NCBI GenBank assembly: GCA_019058275.1
Contig: JAHLVW010000050.1
Span: forward strand, 12,834 to 76,833
From: Candidatus Heimdallarchaeota archaeon
GTDB taxonomy: Archaea > Asgardarchaeota > Heimdallarchaeia > JABLTI01
DNA length: 64,000 bases
Direction of reading: 5' to 3'
In this document: positions 49,628 to 59,400 of the stretch, one piece after another
Numbering within the stretch: the stretch's first letter is position 1
How the letters are laid out: the number at the start of each line of letters is the position of its first letter
The notes under the pieces: generated by a model
Seen by the model: the letters and a program-made list of their open reading frames with translations, nothing else
Told to the model about the DNA's origin: nothing
The model's database searches: none
Program-made: the position numbers and the translations under genes

Positions 49628-50881
49628 TTGAAGTTGAAAGAAGCAGAGAAAATCTATAGCTCATTAGAAGAAGCATGTTCAGAAGGGAATTTCACTAGTG
49701 TAGAAGAATTTATCCAAGAACTTGAAAATCTTACGAAAGAACATGATAGTGCCAATGAGATTTATTCTAAAGCGATAATTAGGGCTCTTGAGACATTTAA
49801 GGGAAGATTTTCTTCGACGAAAGTCAAGAAATTCATAACCAATGTTGAGGACTTAATACGAAAGAATCCGAATGATGAAAATCTTAGAAGTAATTATGCT
49901 AAAGCCCTACGTTCTTCGTTAATAGTTATGAGTACTAAAGGTCAACCAAACGCCATGAAAGAAATCATGACTTATCTCGAGGATTTAGCTACTAGTAATC
50001 CTGAGAATATAATTATTCATGAAGAGCTTTCCATAGCATCGCATGAAATAGCTAATTATTGGAAGAGTAGAGGAGATTTTAAAGCTCTAAGAGATCGAAC
50101 CCAGAAATTTAGGGAGTTAGCTGGTAAATTCCCAGACAATGAGAAAATCAAGTTAAACCTTTCAAAATCGCTTGTTTTGGAAATTGATAGTTCAAATAAA
50201 AGAGATATCGCTAAAATTGATACTATTTTATTAGAAATTCAAGAAATATCAGAATCTATGCCAAGAAATGTTGGACTACAATTAGAGTGGGTACATGCTT
50301 ATAGGACTGCTATGGATAGAAGTTATGAAAAACCAGAAGATGCTAAACGATGGTTAGATTCCATGAAGAAAATTACATCAGATAAAAAAAATGAATCTTT
50401 CACAGTGGAGTTAGCTAGAGGATACTTGAATACTATAGCAAACCTTGGACAGCAAAATCGTGAGGAATTATCTAAACACCTGGATGAACTTGAAATGCTT
50501 ACAGATATAACAAAGGATAACCTTGAATTACAAACAATTTATGCACAAAGCTTGATCACTTCCTTGCAAATCATTGGTATTAGTAATATGAAAGAAACAA
50601 ATGAAATAATGGATGAGATTAAAGAATTAGCTACTAATTTCTCAACTAATAATGTGATTTTAAAAATTTATGTTGAATCTTTAATTGGTGTTATTGGTTT
50701 ACTAGTACAAGAGCAAAAAGCTGAAGAGATTATACCATTACTAAAGCAGTTTGAAGCTCTAGATGAAAGATATCCAAAAGATCAATTTATACAACAAACC
50801 TATGATCAATTAATGGATACTTTGAAAATGATTGGTTTTAAGAAAGCTAAAAAGAAGCCAAGAAAAATGGAGTACATGTAG
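49628..50881 (+). CDS. Helical (TPR-like) repeat protein
   Basis: About 8 repeats of 42-44 aa (LEDLATSNPENIIIHEELS, FRELAGKFPDNEKIKLNLS, IKELATNFSTNNVILKIYV); GAGG RBS. Confidence 0.75.
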   Translation: MKLKEAEKIYSSLEEACSEGNFTSVEEFIQELENLTKEHDSANEIYSKAIIRALETFKGRFSSTKVKKFITNVEDLIRKNPNDENLRSNYAKALRSSLIVMSTKGQPNAMKEIMTYLEDLATSNPENIIIHEELSIASHEIANYWKSRGDFKALRDRTQKFRELAGKFPDNEKIKLNLSKSLVLEIDSSNKRDIAKIDTILLEIQEISESMPRNVGLQLEWVHAYRTAMDRSYEKPEDAKRWLDSMKKITSDKKNESFTVELARGYLNTIANLGQQNREELSKHLDELEMLTDITKDNLELQTIYAQSLITSLQIIGISNMKETNEIMDEIKELATNFSTNNVILKIYVESLIGVIGLLVQEQKAEEIIPLLKQFEALDERYPKDQFIQQTYDQLMDTLKMIGFKKAKKKPRKMEYM

Positions 50882-50991
50882 TATATGAGATAGACATTAC
50901 TTGCTATATTCTCGATAAGAATCATTTTTCAAGTTTTGAAATCAAAAATTCTAATTATCTACATAAGTATGTTTACTGGGATTAACTTCTA

Positions 50992-51135
50992 ATGAAAAGG
51001 TTAAAACTAAAACCGTTTTTCTTAGTTTTTATACAAGTATTGTTCTTTGTTTTACTGGGGTTTGCTATCTTTTGTAGTGCCCCACCTGAAGGATTTCCTG
51101 ATGAACCAATAGATGGAATCGGAAAAGGTCCATAA
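50992..51135 (+). CDS. 47-aa small protein with signal-peptide-like N-terminus (absent from ORF track)
   Basis: MKRLKLKPFFLVFIQVLFFVLLGFAIFCSAPPEGFPDEPIDGIGKGP*: basic n-region, hydrophobic h-region, short polar tail; pyrimidine tract after the stop. Confidence 0.55.
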   Translation: MKRLKLKPFFLVFIQVLFFVLLGFAIFCSAPPEGFPDEPIDGIGKGP

Positions 51136-51170
51136 ACAAGAACTCCCCTTTCTCTCTTTTTCTTTAAGGT

Positions 51171-51671
51171 TCATTTCTTCATACAACTGACAATTTCACC
51201 AATGTACAAACGATGATAGTTTCCATTCTTGTAAACAACATCTTTTATCGAATGTAGAAAGTTTTCAGGGATGATATCATGGAAATAGAGTTTCTTACAG
51301 AGTAAAACAAGCTGAGATTCTTTAAAGTAGACAGTACCATTTTCTTCTTTTGGAGTAAGTTTAACTTCCTTCATTTTATCTACATCACGACCAGATTTTG
51401 AACCACAGAAATTTAATTCCGGACGATATTTCTTATCAAAGAAATTCAAACTGAACATAACATTTTCTTCTAAAAATTCATAGGTATACCTACTAGGTCG
51501 AACAAAAATGAAACAAACTGGTTTATGCCAAAGAACACCAAGACTACCCCAAGAAGCAGTCATCATATTATATTTGCCTAAATCACCAGCAGTAATTAAC
51601 ATCCAATCTAAACCGATAAGCTTGATGGCATTCTCTGTCAAATCTTTTGGATTAATTTCTGTAAATGTCAT
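51171..51671 (-). CDS. Flavin reductase-like protein
   Basis: WMLITAG, NMMTASWG, VRPSRYT, CGSKSGRDVDK, YHRLYIGEI. Confidence 0.88.
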   Translation of the reverse strand: MTFTEINPKDLTENAIKLIGLDWMLITAGDLGKYNMMTASWGSLGVLWHKPVCFIFVRPSRYTYEFLEENVMFSLNFFDKKYRPELNFCGSKSGRDVDKMKEVKLTPKEENGTVYFKESQLVLLCKKLYFHDIIPENFLHSIKDVVYKNGNYHRLYIGEIVSCMKK

Positions 51672-51741
51672 AAAAGATACTTATGCCATTTGAGGTTTTA
51701 ATTATTAGGATAAATATGTAAAATAGCAAAAAAGAATTAAT

Positions 51742-52353
51742 ATGTTCTATCAAATAAGGTTAGTGGAAACGTTAGGACGTAAAAATATGAAATATCAAGA
51801 TGTAGCAACATATATTTTATATCAACAGTTATTTTCAGAACCAAATAAAATTAGAGATAGAAGGAGTACAGTAAAAATAGTGGTGGAAGGGAGCGATATA
51901 ATAATGAGGAAAATGCTAGAGCTAATTCTAGCGTATGTAGAGATTTGGGATCAGGGGTATGAAGACAAATATATAATGAAATTAGCTGAACAGACAAAAC
52001 TAAATCCAACAACAGTTCTAGAAAATTTCTATGAGAGAATAAAGCCAATGCCTGAAGAACAACTAACAGATAAGGAATTCAGATTCTTGTTAGCTCTCAG
52101 CGAAGTTATTAAAACAATACATGAAAAAGCTTCCGAGAAATTAGTTGCTATGTTTGAAGAAAAATTAGGTTCAGAGAAGAAAACACAAATCGAATCAAAA
52201 TTTCAAATATTATCAGAACAGAATAATTTAGATTTTTCCTTGTTATTAAACTTAGGAATTTTAAAAGAATATGCTGAAATAGTTGGTCAACCATTCAAGT
52301 CTAAAAAATTTACAGGCTATTTTAAAAATGTTTTACTTTTGATTAATGCTTAA
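51742..52353 (+). CDS. Hypothetical helical protein
   Basis: 203-aa ORF; start likely MKYQD. Confidence 0.65.
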   Translation: MFYQIRLVETLGRKNMKYQDVATYILYQQLFSEPNKIRDRRSTVKIVVEGSDIIMRKMLELILAYVEIWDQGYEDKYIMKLAEQTKLNPTTVLENFYERIKPMPEEQLTDKEFRFLLALSEVIKTIHEKASEKLVAMFEEKLGSEKKTQIESKFQILSEQNNLDFSLLLNLGILKEYAEIVGQPFKSKKFTGYFKNVLLLINA

Positions 52354-52428
52354 AGAAATATAAGAAAAAAGAAGTTGATACTTCTTCGACCCATCCGCTT
52401 TTTTAAAAATAAAGAAAGGGAAGGATGC

Positions 52429-53568
52429 TTAGAAGCATCGCAAAACAGAGCTTGGACCGAGGTCTTTGTATTCTTTCTTAGTGACCCACATCTTTTGGAA
52501 GGTCTTTAAAGATGAAAGGATTGAACCGCCAATCCAGACAGAATATCTACGCTCAGGTGGAGCAATTATTTTAACTTCAATTCCTTCAGGAACTTGCTCA
52601 GTTAATTCTTTGTGAAGTCTTTCTTTGAGACCACTGAACATGGTGGAACCACCAGAGAGAACGATGTTCTGGTAGAGTTCTCTTCTCAAATCAACGTCAC
52701 ACTTATTAATTGATTGGAAGATAACGTCATCAAGTGACATAGCTTCCTTACCAATCTGTTGTGGTTGGAAATATACTTCTGGAGCAAGGAATCGTTCGGT
52801 TCCAATGGTCAAGACATTGCCGTCAGGCATTTGGTAGGTCTTTTCCATTCCAGAAACTTTCTCAGCTAACTGAAGTTCCTTTTCAGGATCTAAAGCAACG
52901 TAACATAATTTCTCCTTAACATCACGCACTATTTCGAGTTCAGCACTGCTAGTTAGTGAATAGCCTTTTTGTCTTAGAAGTCTTCTAAAGTAGTTGGTAA
53001 TGTCTCTGCCTGCTAAGTCAATTCTGTCAATTGCATGGGTTAAAGCGAAACCTTCGTAGATAGGAACAATGTGGGTAACACCATCACCAGAATCTACAAC
53101 TAAACCAGTTGTTCTACCGCTGGCGTAAAGTGAAAGTACTGCTTGCATAGAAACATACATGGCTGGGACATCAAAAGTCTCAAACATGATTTCAGCCATC
53201 TTCTCTCGGTTGTGCTCAGGATTTAATGGAGCTTCAGTTAAGAGAATAGGATGTTCATTGGGATTCTCTCGTAAGTCATTGTAGAAAGTAAAGTGCCAAA
53301 TTCTCTCCATTGCGTCCCAGTCTTCAACTGTTCCGTGCTCAATGGGATAGAGTAATCTTAAGACACCGCGGAGGTTTAAAGCTTCTTCCCCGATGTAATA
53401 CTCTCGTACGTAGTGCTCAACGTCTGTCATTATTGATTGGTATTTTGGATACCCTATTAATGTTGGAAAGACGCTTCGTGGTTGATCTTCTCCGGCATAA
53501 CCGTTCTTAGAAAGTCCAGTGCCGTTGTCGATTACTAACGCTTTCTCCTGTAATATTTCTTCGGACAT
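52429..53568 (-). CDS. Asgard actin (lokiactin-type)
   Basis: [73 protein letters not shown]-terminal RCF; strong codon bias. Confidence 0.97.
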   Translation of the reverse strand: MSEEILQEKALVIDNGTGLSKNGYAGEDQPRSVFPTLIGYPKYQSIMTDVEHYVREYYIGEEALNLRGVLRLLYPIEHGTVEDWDAMERIWHFTFYNDLRENPNEHPILLTEAPLNPEHNREKMAEIMFETFDVPAMYVSMQAVLSLYASGRTTGLVVDSGDGVTHIVPIYEGFALTHAIDRIDLAGRDITNYFRRLLRQKGYSLTSSAELEIVRDVKEKLCYVALDPEKELQLAEKVSGMEKTYQMPDGNVLTIGTERFLAPEVYFQPQQIGKEAMSLDDVIFQSINKCDVDLRRELYQNIVLSGGSTMFSGLKERLHKELTEQVPEGIEVKIIAPPERRYSVWIGGSILSSLKTFQKMWVTKKEYKDLGPSSVLRCF

Positions 53569-53802
53569 TTTGTTTCTTCCCCTCTAGGGACTTTATCTTT
53601 AGTTATAAAAAGTATAACTTTTGTAATCTATTGTTATTGAATTGGGAATATAAATAAAACGGTTGAGGTATTAATTCGAAAAGTATCGTTTCGTATGTCT
53701 CACGAAATACGACGTTTTTCTTACGATATACGATATGCTGACTTTTTTACTAGATTTCTTGAATCTTTGTCTATAACATGTTAGAAGCAAAAAATCTATT
53801 TT

Positions 53803-55110
53803 CTATTGTAAAAAACTAATTGTTTTTTTAGCAATCTCATTTCTTTCGTCAGTTAGATTGTCTAATACGGATATTAATCCATCATCATTCTTTTGTAAAC
53901 CAATAGCTGACAAGTCTTCTGCGATAGCTTCTAAATAATCTTCTGTTTCTTCTTGTTCTGAAACGAAAACATCAATTACTTTCTTGAAAACTTCTAGAGG
54001 TTGTTCTTTAGCTAATTTTAAATAATACTCGTTTTTTATTATATCATCTATTCCATAAATAATAGCATCAACATAAAAGTCTATACTAGTTCTTCGGGAA
54101 CCTTTTATTTTTCTGAGAATTTTTTCATAGAAATCATCTTCTCTACTATAGAAGTAAATGTATTCCTTAATTTCTGAAATTACTTGTTTGTTTTTCATTT
54201 TAACTAGTTGTTCCATAGCATACTGATGGTTTGAATATGATGGATCTTTTTTAAATGCTGATAATAAAGTTGGGATCGCTTCTTCTTGCCCCATTTCCGT
54301 TATTATAATTAATAAGTAAGCTCTATAAAAAAAGTAGAAACAATCCTCTTCAGAACCCATTGCATAATTCTTAAAATCATTAAAAGGATAATAAGGTCTT
54401 TTAATATTAATTTCCTCATTGTATAATTTAATGTATTTCGGTAATATTTCTTTTAGTCTTATATTTCTTAATCCAAGTATTTGCGCAATATATCCTTTTA
54501 ACATTATAACTATCAACTCTAATTCAGGTCGATAATTTTCGAATCTCATTATCCTTATAAAAAGAGGAATTAGCTCCTCAATCACATGCATGTTAACCTT
54601 TTCATCAAGCTCAATATCTAATCTTTCAGTTATATATGGAGGATCTCGATTTACCATATCTATAAGACTCCACATTTCATAGATTAAAATAAGAAGATCG
54701 AATATTTTATACAGTTTGCCATCATCTAAGCAGTCATCCATAAATCGATCATAGAAGTCTTCTTCATCTAGCATGTAGTTAAGGTAAAAAAGAAGAGACA
54801 TGATTCTTATTTTGTCATTTGAGTGATTAAGAACAATGTCTTTAAGAATAGTGTCTATTTCTGTAACAGGAGTTTCATTAATTTTACCTATATTGGAAGT
54901 ATCATTTATCTTATGTAATTCATCAATTAAAGGATGAAGAAGCTCTTCTGATCTAATTTTATGTTTCTCAAGTATCTTAAAATATTCAAAGAAATTTAGA
55001 TATTCATTACTAAACATATTGTTATTCAATTCTTCAATTTTCTTTTCCCTGCTTAATCTCCTCATTTTTCTATATTTCTTACTTTTCCATATATTGCGGA
55101 ATCTATACAC
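53803..55110 (-). CDS. Hypothetical helical protein with HEAT-like segment
   Basis: EMGQEEAIPTLLSAF...AMEQLVKM; AT-rich; last gene of the giant-protein operon (GAGG RBS). Confidence 0.6.
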   Translation of the reverse strand: MYRFRNIWKSKKYRKMRRLSREKKIEELNNNMFSNEYLNFFEYFKILEKHKIRSEELLHPLIDELHKINDTSNIGKINETPVTEIDTILKDIVLNHSNDKIRIMSLLFYLNYMLDEEDFYDRFMDDCLDDGKLYKIFDLLILIYEMWSLIDMVNRDPPYITERLDIELDEKVNMHVIEELIPLFIRIMRFENYRPELELIVIMLKGYIAQILGLRNIRLKEILPKYIKLYNEEINIKRPYYPFNDFKNYAMGSEEDCFYFFYRAYLLIIITEMGQEEAIPTLLSAFKKDPSYSNHQYAMEQLVKMKNKQVISEIKEYIYFYSREDDFYEKILRKIKGSRRTSIDFYVDAIIYGIDDIIKNEYYLKLAKEQPLEVFKKVIDVFVSEQEETEDYLEAIAEDLSAIGLQKNDDGLISVLDNLTDERNEIAKKTISFLQ

Positions 55111-55124
55111 TGCATTAAACCTCT

Positions 55125-55799
55125 TTAAATGATGATTTCTTTTTCTTTATTAGTTTCCTCCATAGTGATTACTTGTTGTTCTTGTTTTTGCTTTTTTATC
55201 AAGTTTACTGTTACATCTACTAGTGAAATCATACACAAAACTATGAACAAGCAATATATAATTGTTGAGACGATAAATCCGTACCCAAATTGTATTTCTG
55301 GTGTATTGTTTGGGTTGAACCATCCTAAAGCATCGAATGGTTGAATTATTGTACTTTTAAAAACTGCGAACAAAATCATTTTAATTAACCCAAAAATCCC
55401 TCCAAGTAATAGAATTACTGATCCAACTAATTTTCCTACTTTTACTTTGTTTTGATTTTCTTCTGTACCAAATGAGCTTATTCGTCTTAGTATCACAGCT
55501 GAAAACGCTGACCCGACAAGACAAAATATTTGACTTAATATTAGAAAAGCAATAATGGATTTATTAAATGAGCCAATATCATCAGCTGTACCAGTAAAAT
55601 AGAATTCAGTATAGTCGTCATAGTATATACGATGTTCTGACCATCTTCCAAAAACCTTTACATTGAATTGTATATTGCACGGTATTCCTCCATTATTGTT
55701 CCCCTCAAATTTACTCACTGCATACGTTCCAACAAGTACAATTATGAAATTTATTATGAATAAAATCATCAATAATTGATTTCCTTTTCGCCCCTTCAT
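55125..55799 (-). CDS. 4-TM membrane protein with claudin/PMP22-like topology
   Basis: TM1, about 55-aa loop with FGRW, TM2 AFLILSQIFCLVG, TM3 GSVILLLGGIFGL, FGYGF before TM4. Confidence 0.55.
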   Translation of the reverse strand: MKGRKGNQLLMILFIINFIIVLVGTYAVSKFEGNNNGGIPCNIQFNVKVFGRWSEHRIYYDDYTEFYFTGTADDIGSFNKSIIAFLILSQIFCLVGSAFSAVILRRISSFGTEENQNKVKVGKLVGSVILLLGGIFGLIKMILFAVFKSTIIQPFDALGWFNPNNTPEIQFGYGFIVSTIIYCLFIVLCMISLVDVTVNLIKKQKQEQQVITMEETNKEKEIII

Positions 55800-55820
55800 T
55801 CTTAAGCCACCTATTATTTC

Positions 55821-56477
55821 CTAATCAAATTTTTTTAAGGCCCATTTTTTTCGTAATTTTTCATATTCCTCAGAATTAATAATATAACTAAATGGGTATG
55901 GATCTTTATTGAATATCTCTGTTAATTTTTTCCTTAGTCTTTTATTCGCCATCTTATATGCTTTCTTAAAATGCTTTATTGCTAATTCTAAGTTTTCTTT
56001 AGAGATATAAGATGCAGCATAAAAGTGAAGGACTGGATTGGAAGAATCTCTAGAGATTAATCCATTAAATAACCTTTCAGAAAAATTGGGTCCATGACTT
56101 ATATGACTTGATGCAGCTGTTATATTATTGACAATTCTAAAGTCAATAAGCTCATCGTCTATCCCTTTCTCTAAAGCTTTAGCAAAGAAAATGACTGCAG
56201 ACTTGTAGTTATTTAGCTTTTCTTTGATAGTTCCCATTAGATAAAATACTTCTGGATTCTCCTGGTTAAATTCTATTATTTTTCTAACTAGTCTATCAGC
56301 TTCAACTAACTCTCCTTTTTTCATTTTTACAAATCCAGCATAGTAGAGCGTTTCTTCAGTCTCACCGTACAAGATAATTGCTTTTTCCATTATTTCTTCT
56401 GCTAATTCGATCTTTCCATCATTACATGCATCTATTGCTTTATCTACCAATGGACTGATCTCCACATTTTGAGTCAT
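55821..56477 (-). CDS. TPR-repeat protein
   Basis: TPR patterns (LYYAGF, NPEVFYLMG...AVIFFAKAL, LAIKHFKKA); GAGG RBS. Confidence 0.8.
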   Translation of the reverse strand: MTQNVEISPLVDKAIDACNDGKIELAEEIMEKAIILYGETEETLYYAGFVKMKKGELVEADRLVRKIIEFNQENPEVFYLMGTIKEKLNNYKSAVIFFAKALEKGIDDELIDFRIVNNITAASSHISHGPNFSERLFNGLISRDSSNPVLHFYAASYISKENLELAIKHFKKAYKMANKRLRKKLTEIFNKDPYPFSYIINSEEYEKLRKKWALKKFD

Positions 56478-56492
56478 TGGTTTCTTTTCCTC

Positions 56493-59400
56493 CTAATCAT
56501 CTCCTGTAGTAGATGTGTTTTTCTTTTTAAATAAACCAAGCGCTTTAAGGATACGTAAGACAATGAAGGTCACAGCTATAATTGCCACAACAATCAATGC
56601 TCCTATTCCTGCTGTTAGCGCCCCACTTGCTACAGCTACTGGCATTAACACAGAAGCTAAGTAAGTCATTATCATTCCTACACCAAAGGTAGTTAGGACA
56701 ACAAATGGTAGCATGCTATCGAATGGTCCTGCCCATTCACCAATTTTTGGGAAATAATTGCTGAGATAGAATAATTCAAAGAATGCTCCTTCAGGTCGAA
56801 GTGCACTTCCCGCGCAGTACATCCAGTTTAGTACTTTGTAAGCATTTATCTTCCAGTACATTGCTTCATCTCCTTTTTGATAGTACGACCAATGATCTGT
56901 AAATCCACTGGTAGCTAACGATTGTATTGTTGCTTGATTTATTCCTGACCAAGTTTTTTGTGTGACACTACTTGCTGCCAAGCTTATTGCTGTGCTTGTT
57001 AATCCTCCAGCAAAAGTTGACATTGTGCAAGCTTTTACTAGCTCTGTAAAAACTGAAATTACTGAACCCAAAACGAAGAGTGTAACGTACCAGTAGGTTT
57101 TAAATGCAGGATGTTGAGTTACTTGTGTTACATTACTTAACCAATTTGGGAGATCTCTATTTAATACCTCAGTTGTGAAATTTTGCAAGCATATAACTAT
57201 TGTTGTAGCAAAATCTAAACAGACTGGTTGCATACCATAATCCACTTTTGCTAGTTGAATACCATTCAGCATCCCGTTTATATATTCGAAACAATCAGCT
57301 GGACCAACTTCTATGTAATCTGTAACCCAAACTGCACCAGCATATACAAGTCCTTCTCCGAACTTCCAAAATGCTGCATTTTCATTATCCTCTCCGACTG
57401 AATATCTTTTCTCTAAGTAGCCTACTTCTGCATCTTCAGCTACATAAGTTCCATCAGCTCCAGGTTTCCTTGAGAATTCATTCATCATGTATGTATCTTC
57501 TTGCATTGCATATGATGCAAATTCTATAATCTTTGATTGCCATAACTGTGTCCTTACATTTCTAACAAATCCAACTATGTTGCTTAAACCAAATGTTCCA
57601 ATTGATAATCCAAAGAAGTATTCAGATAAGGAATTTGGAAAATATTTCTTTATATCTGATTTACTAACTTTTGATTTTTCATGTGGAGATTTTCCAGGCA
57701 TTCTAGAATCTTTTTCCATTCTCGCTTTCCTTCCAGCCTTAGTATCTGATTGCATTCTTGCCCTTTGAATCTCTTGTACTTCTTTGTAATCTATTTGTCC
57801 ATTTTGTTTTTTAGTTCTAATTAGAAGATTTTTTATTTCAGAGATAAGTTTTAGTGTTTTTTCTTTATAAAACATAAATCTATTCATAACCTCTTCCATT
57901 GTTGGAATATGTCCTAGATTTAATCCACTGCCCCAATATTGACATTGACTTAATGCATGGTAAGGCATTGTTACTGCTAGTTTGAGAATAAATCCTTCTT
58001 TATTTTTACTATTTCTGTTAATATGATTGTTGTTTTCATGCAAATAACTTTGGAAGTCTTTTACTAAAGCTTTATGCAAATCCAATTTGTGTTCAATATC
58101 ATTAGAAACTGGAATAATCTCAATATCATCTAAACTGATTTCTTCTTTAGATGCCCAAGCAGCTATACCAGTTTGTTCAAAAAATATTTGCTTTTGTTCA
58201 TCACTGATTACACATGATTCAAGAGTTGTACTGAAGTCTTTTTTATTAGGTTGATTTAAAGTATGTGTAATATGCTCTCGAGTAAAGAAATTCCCATATA
58301 CTTGGTATTTTGTTGTTGATCCTTCAACAACTTTAATGATTGGTATTTTAGCTGCTCCTAGTTGATATACTTGTGTATTCTCATCTTTAACAAAGTATGA
58401 TCCAACTCCATCACTCTTTTTGAAGTTACTATCAACGACCAGTACATGTTCATCATCATGTTTACCTAGTTCGATTTTTTCTGTGACCCAAGCCCCGCCT
58501 GGATAATCTGGATCGACAACTGTTAATGGATTTCCATTTTCATCTTTTGGAGTTGCTGATGGATCCCAATATGTCACATGTTTGTAAAATTTCAAGTCCA
58601 TCTTTACTTCATCTACACACTCTATTTCATATGTTGTGTCAATAAGCAAATCTCCAAAAGTGTAATCACTAGTATCAGTAGCTCCTCTAAATAATGGTTG
58701 TGCATACAGATTAATCCCAACATTTTTTATCACTGTGCGACCATCTTTCTTGGTAAACCTCTTTAGATCAGCTGCTGAATTTATGCAAAATGGATTATTG
58801 AGAGAAGGATGAAGTTTAGCTATATTTAAATCAGGTCTGTTAAGCTGCTTGCTTGGATCATAAGGATCGGGTACTCGAGCTTGTTCACTCTTTATTTGAT
58901 AAATATCAATATTATCTTTTGGATTTATTAATTTCTGAACTATATCGTCCAAGCCAACTAATTTAGCCAATTTATCTATGTTATTCCCTAATCCTATATC
59001 AACTCCTCCTGTCATCAAGTAATTGTGCATCATTAATTGAAGATTAGATCGCAATCCAGCTATTGTTGCTCCATTAAGTAATCTTACTGCTGGAAGATTT
59101 CCTGTAGGTGAGCTCCATTGAGTAAAAACATAAAATCCTCTATAACCTTGTGCTTTTTTCATATCTTCAGATTTCTGATATATATTATTCCTAAAGAAGC
59201 TTAGAGAATGTCTACTCTTAATATTTTTTGTAGTCAAAGGTAAGTATCCAGGAGAATCTTCTTTGCTTGTATCAAACATCTGATCAATGCTTTTGAACGT
59301 AGCTAAAACTCCTTCCATCCATAGGAAAATCTTAGCTCGTTCGAGCAATGGATTGTATTCACCATTTATACCATCTCTCTGATTCTCTCTTCCAGAACCT

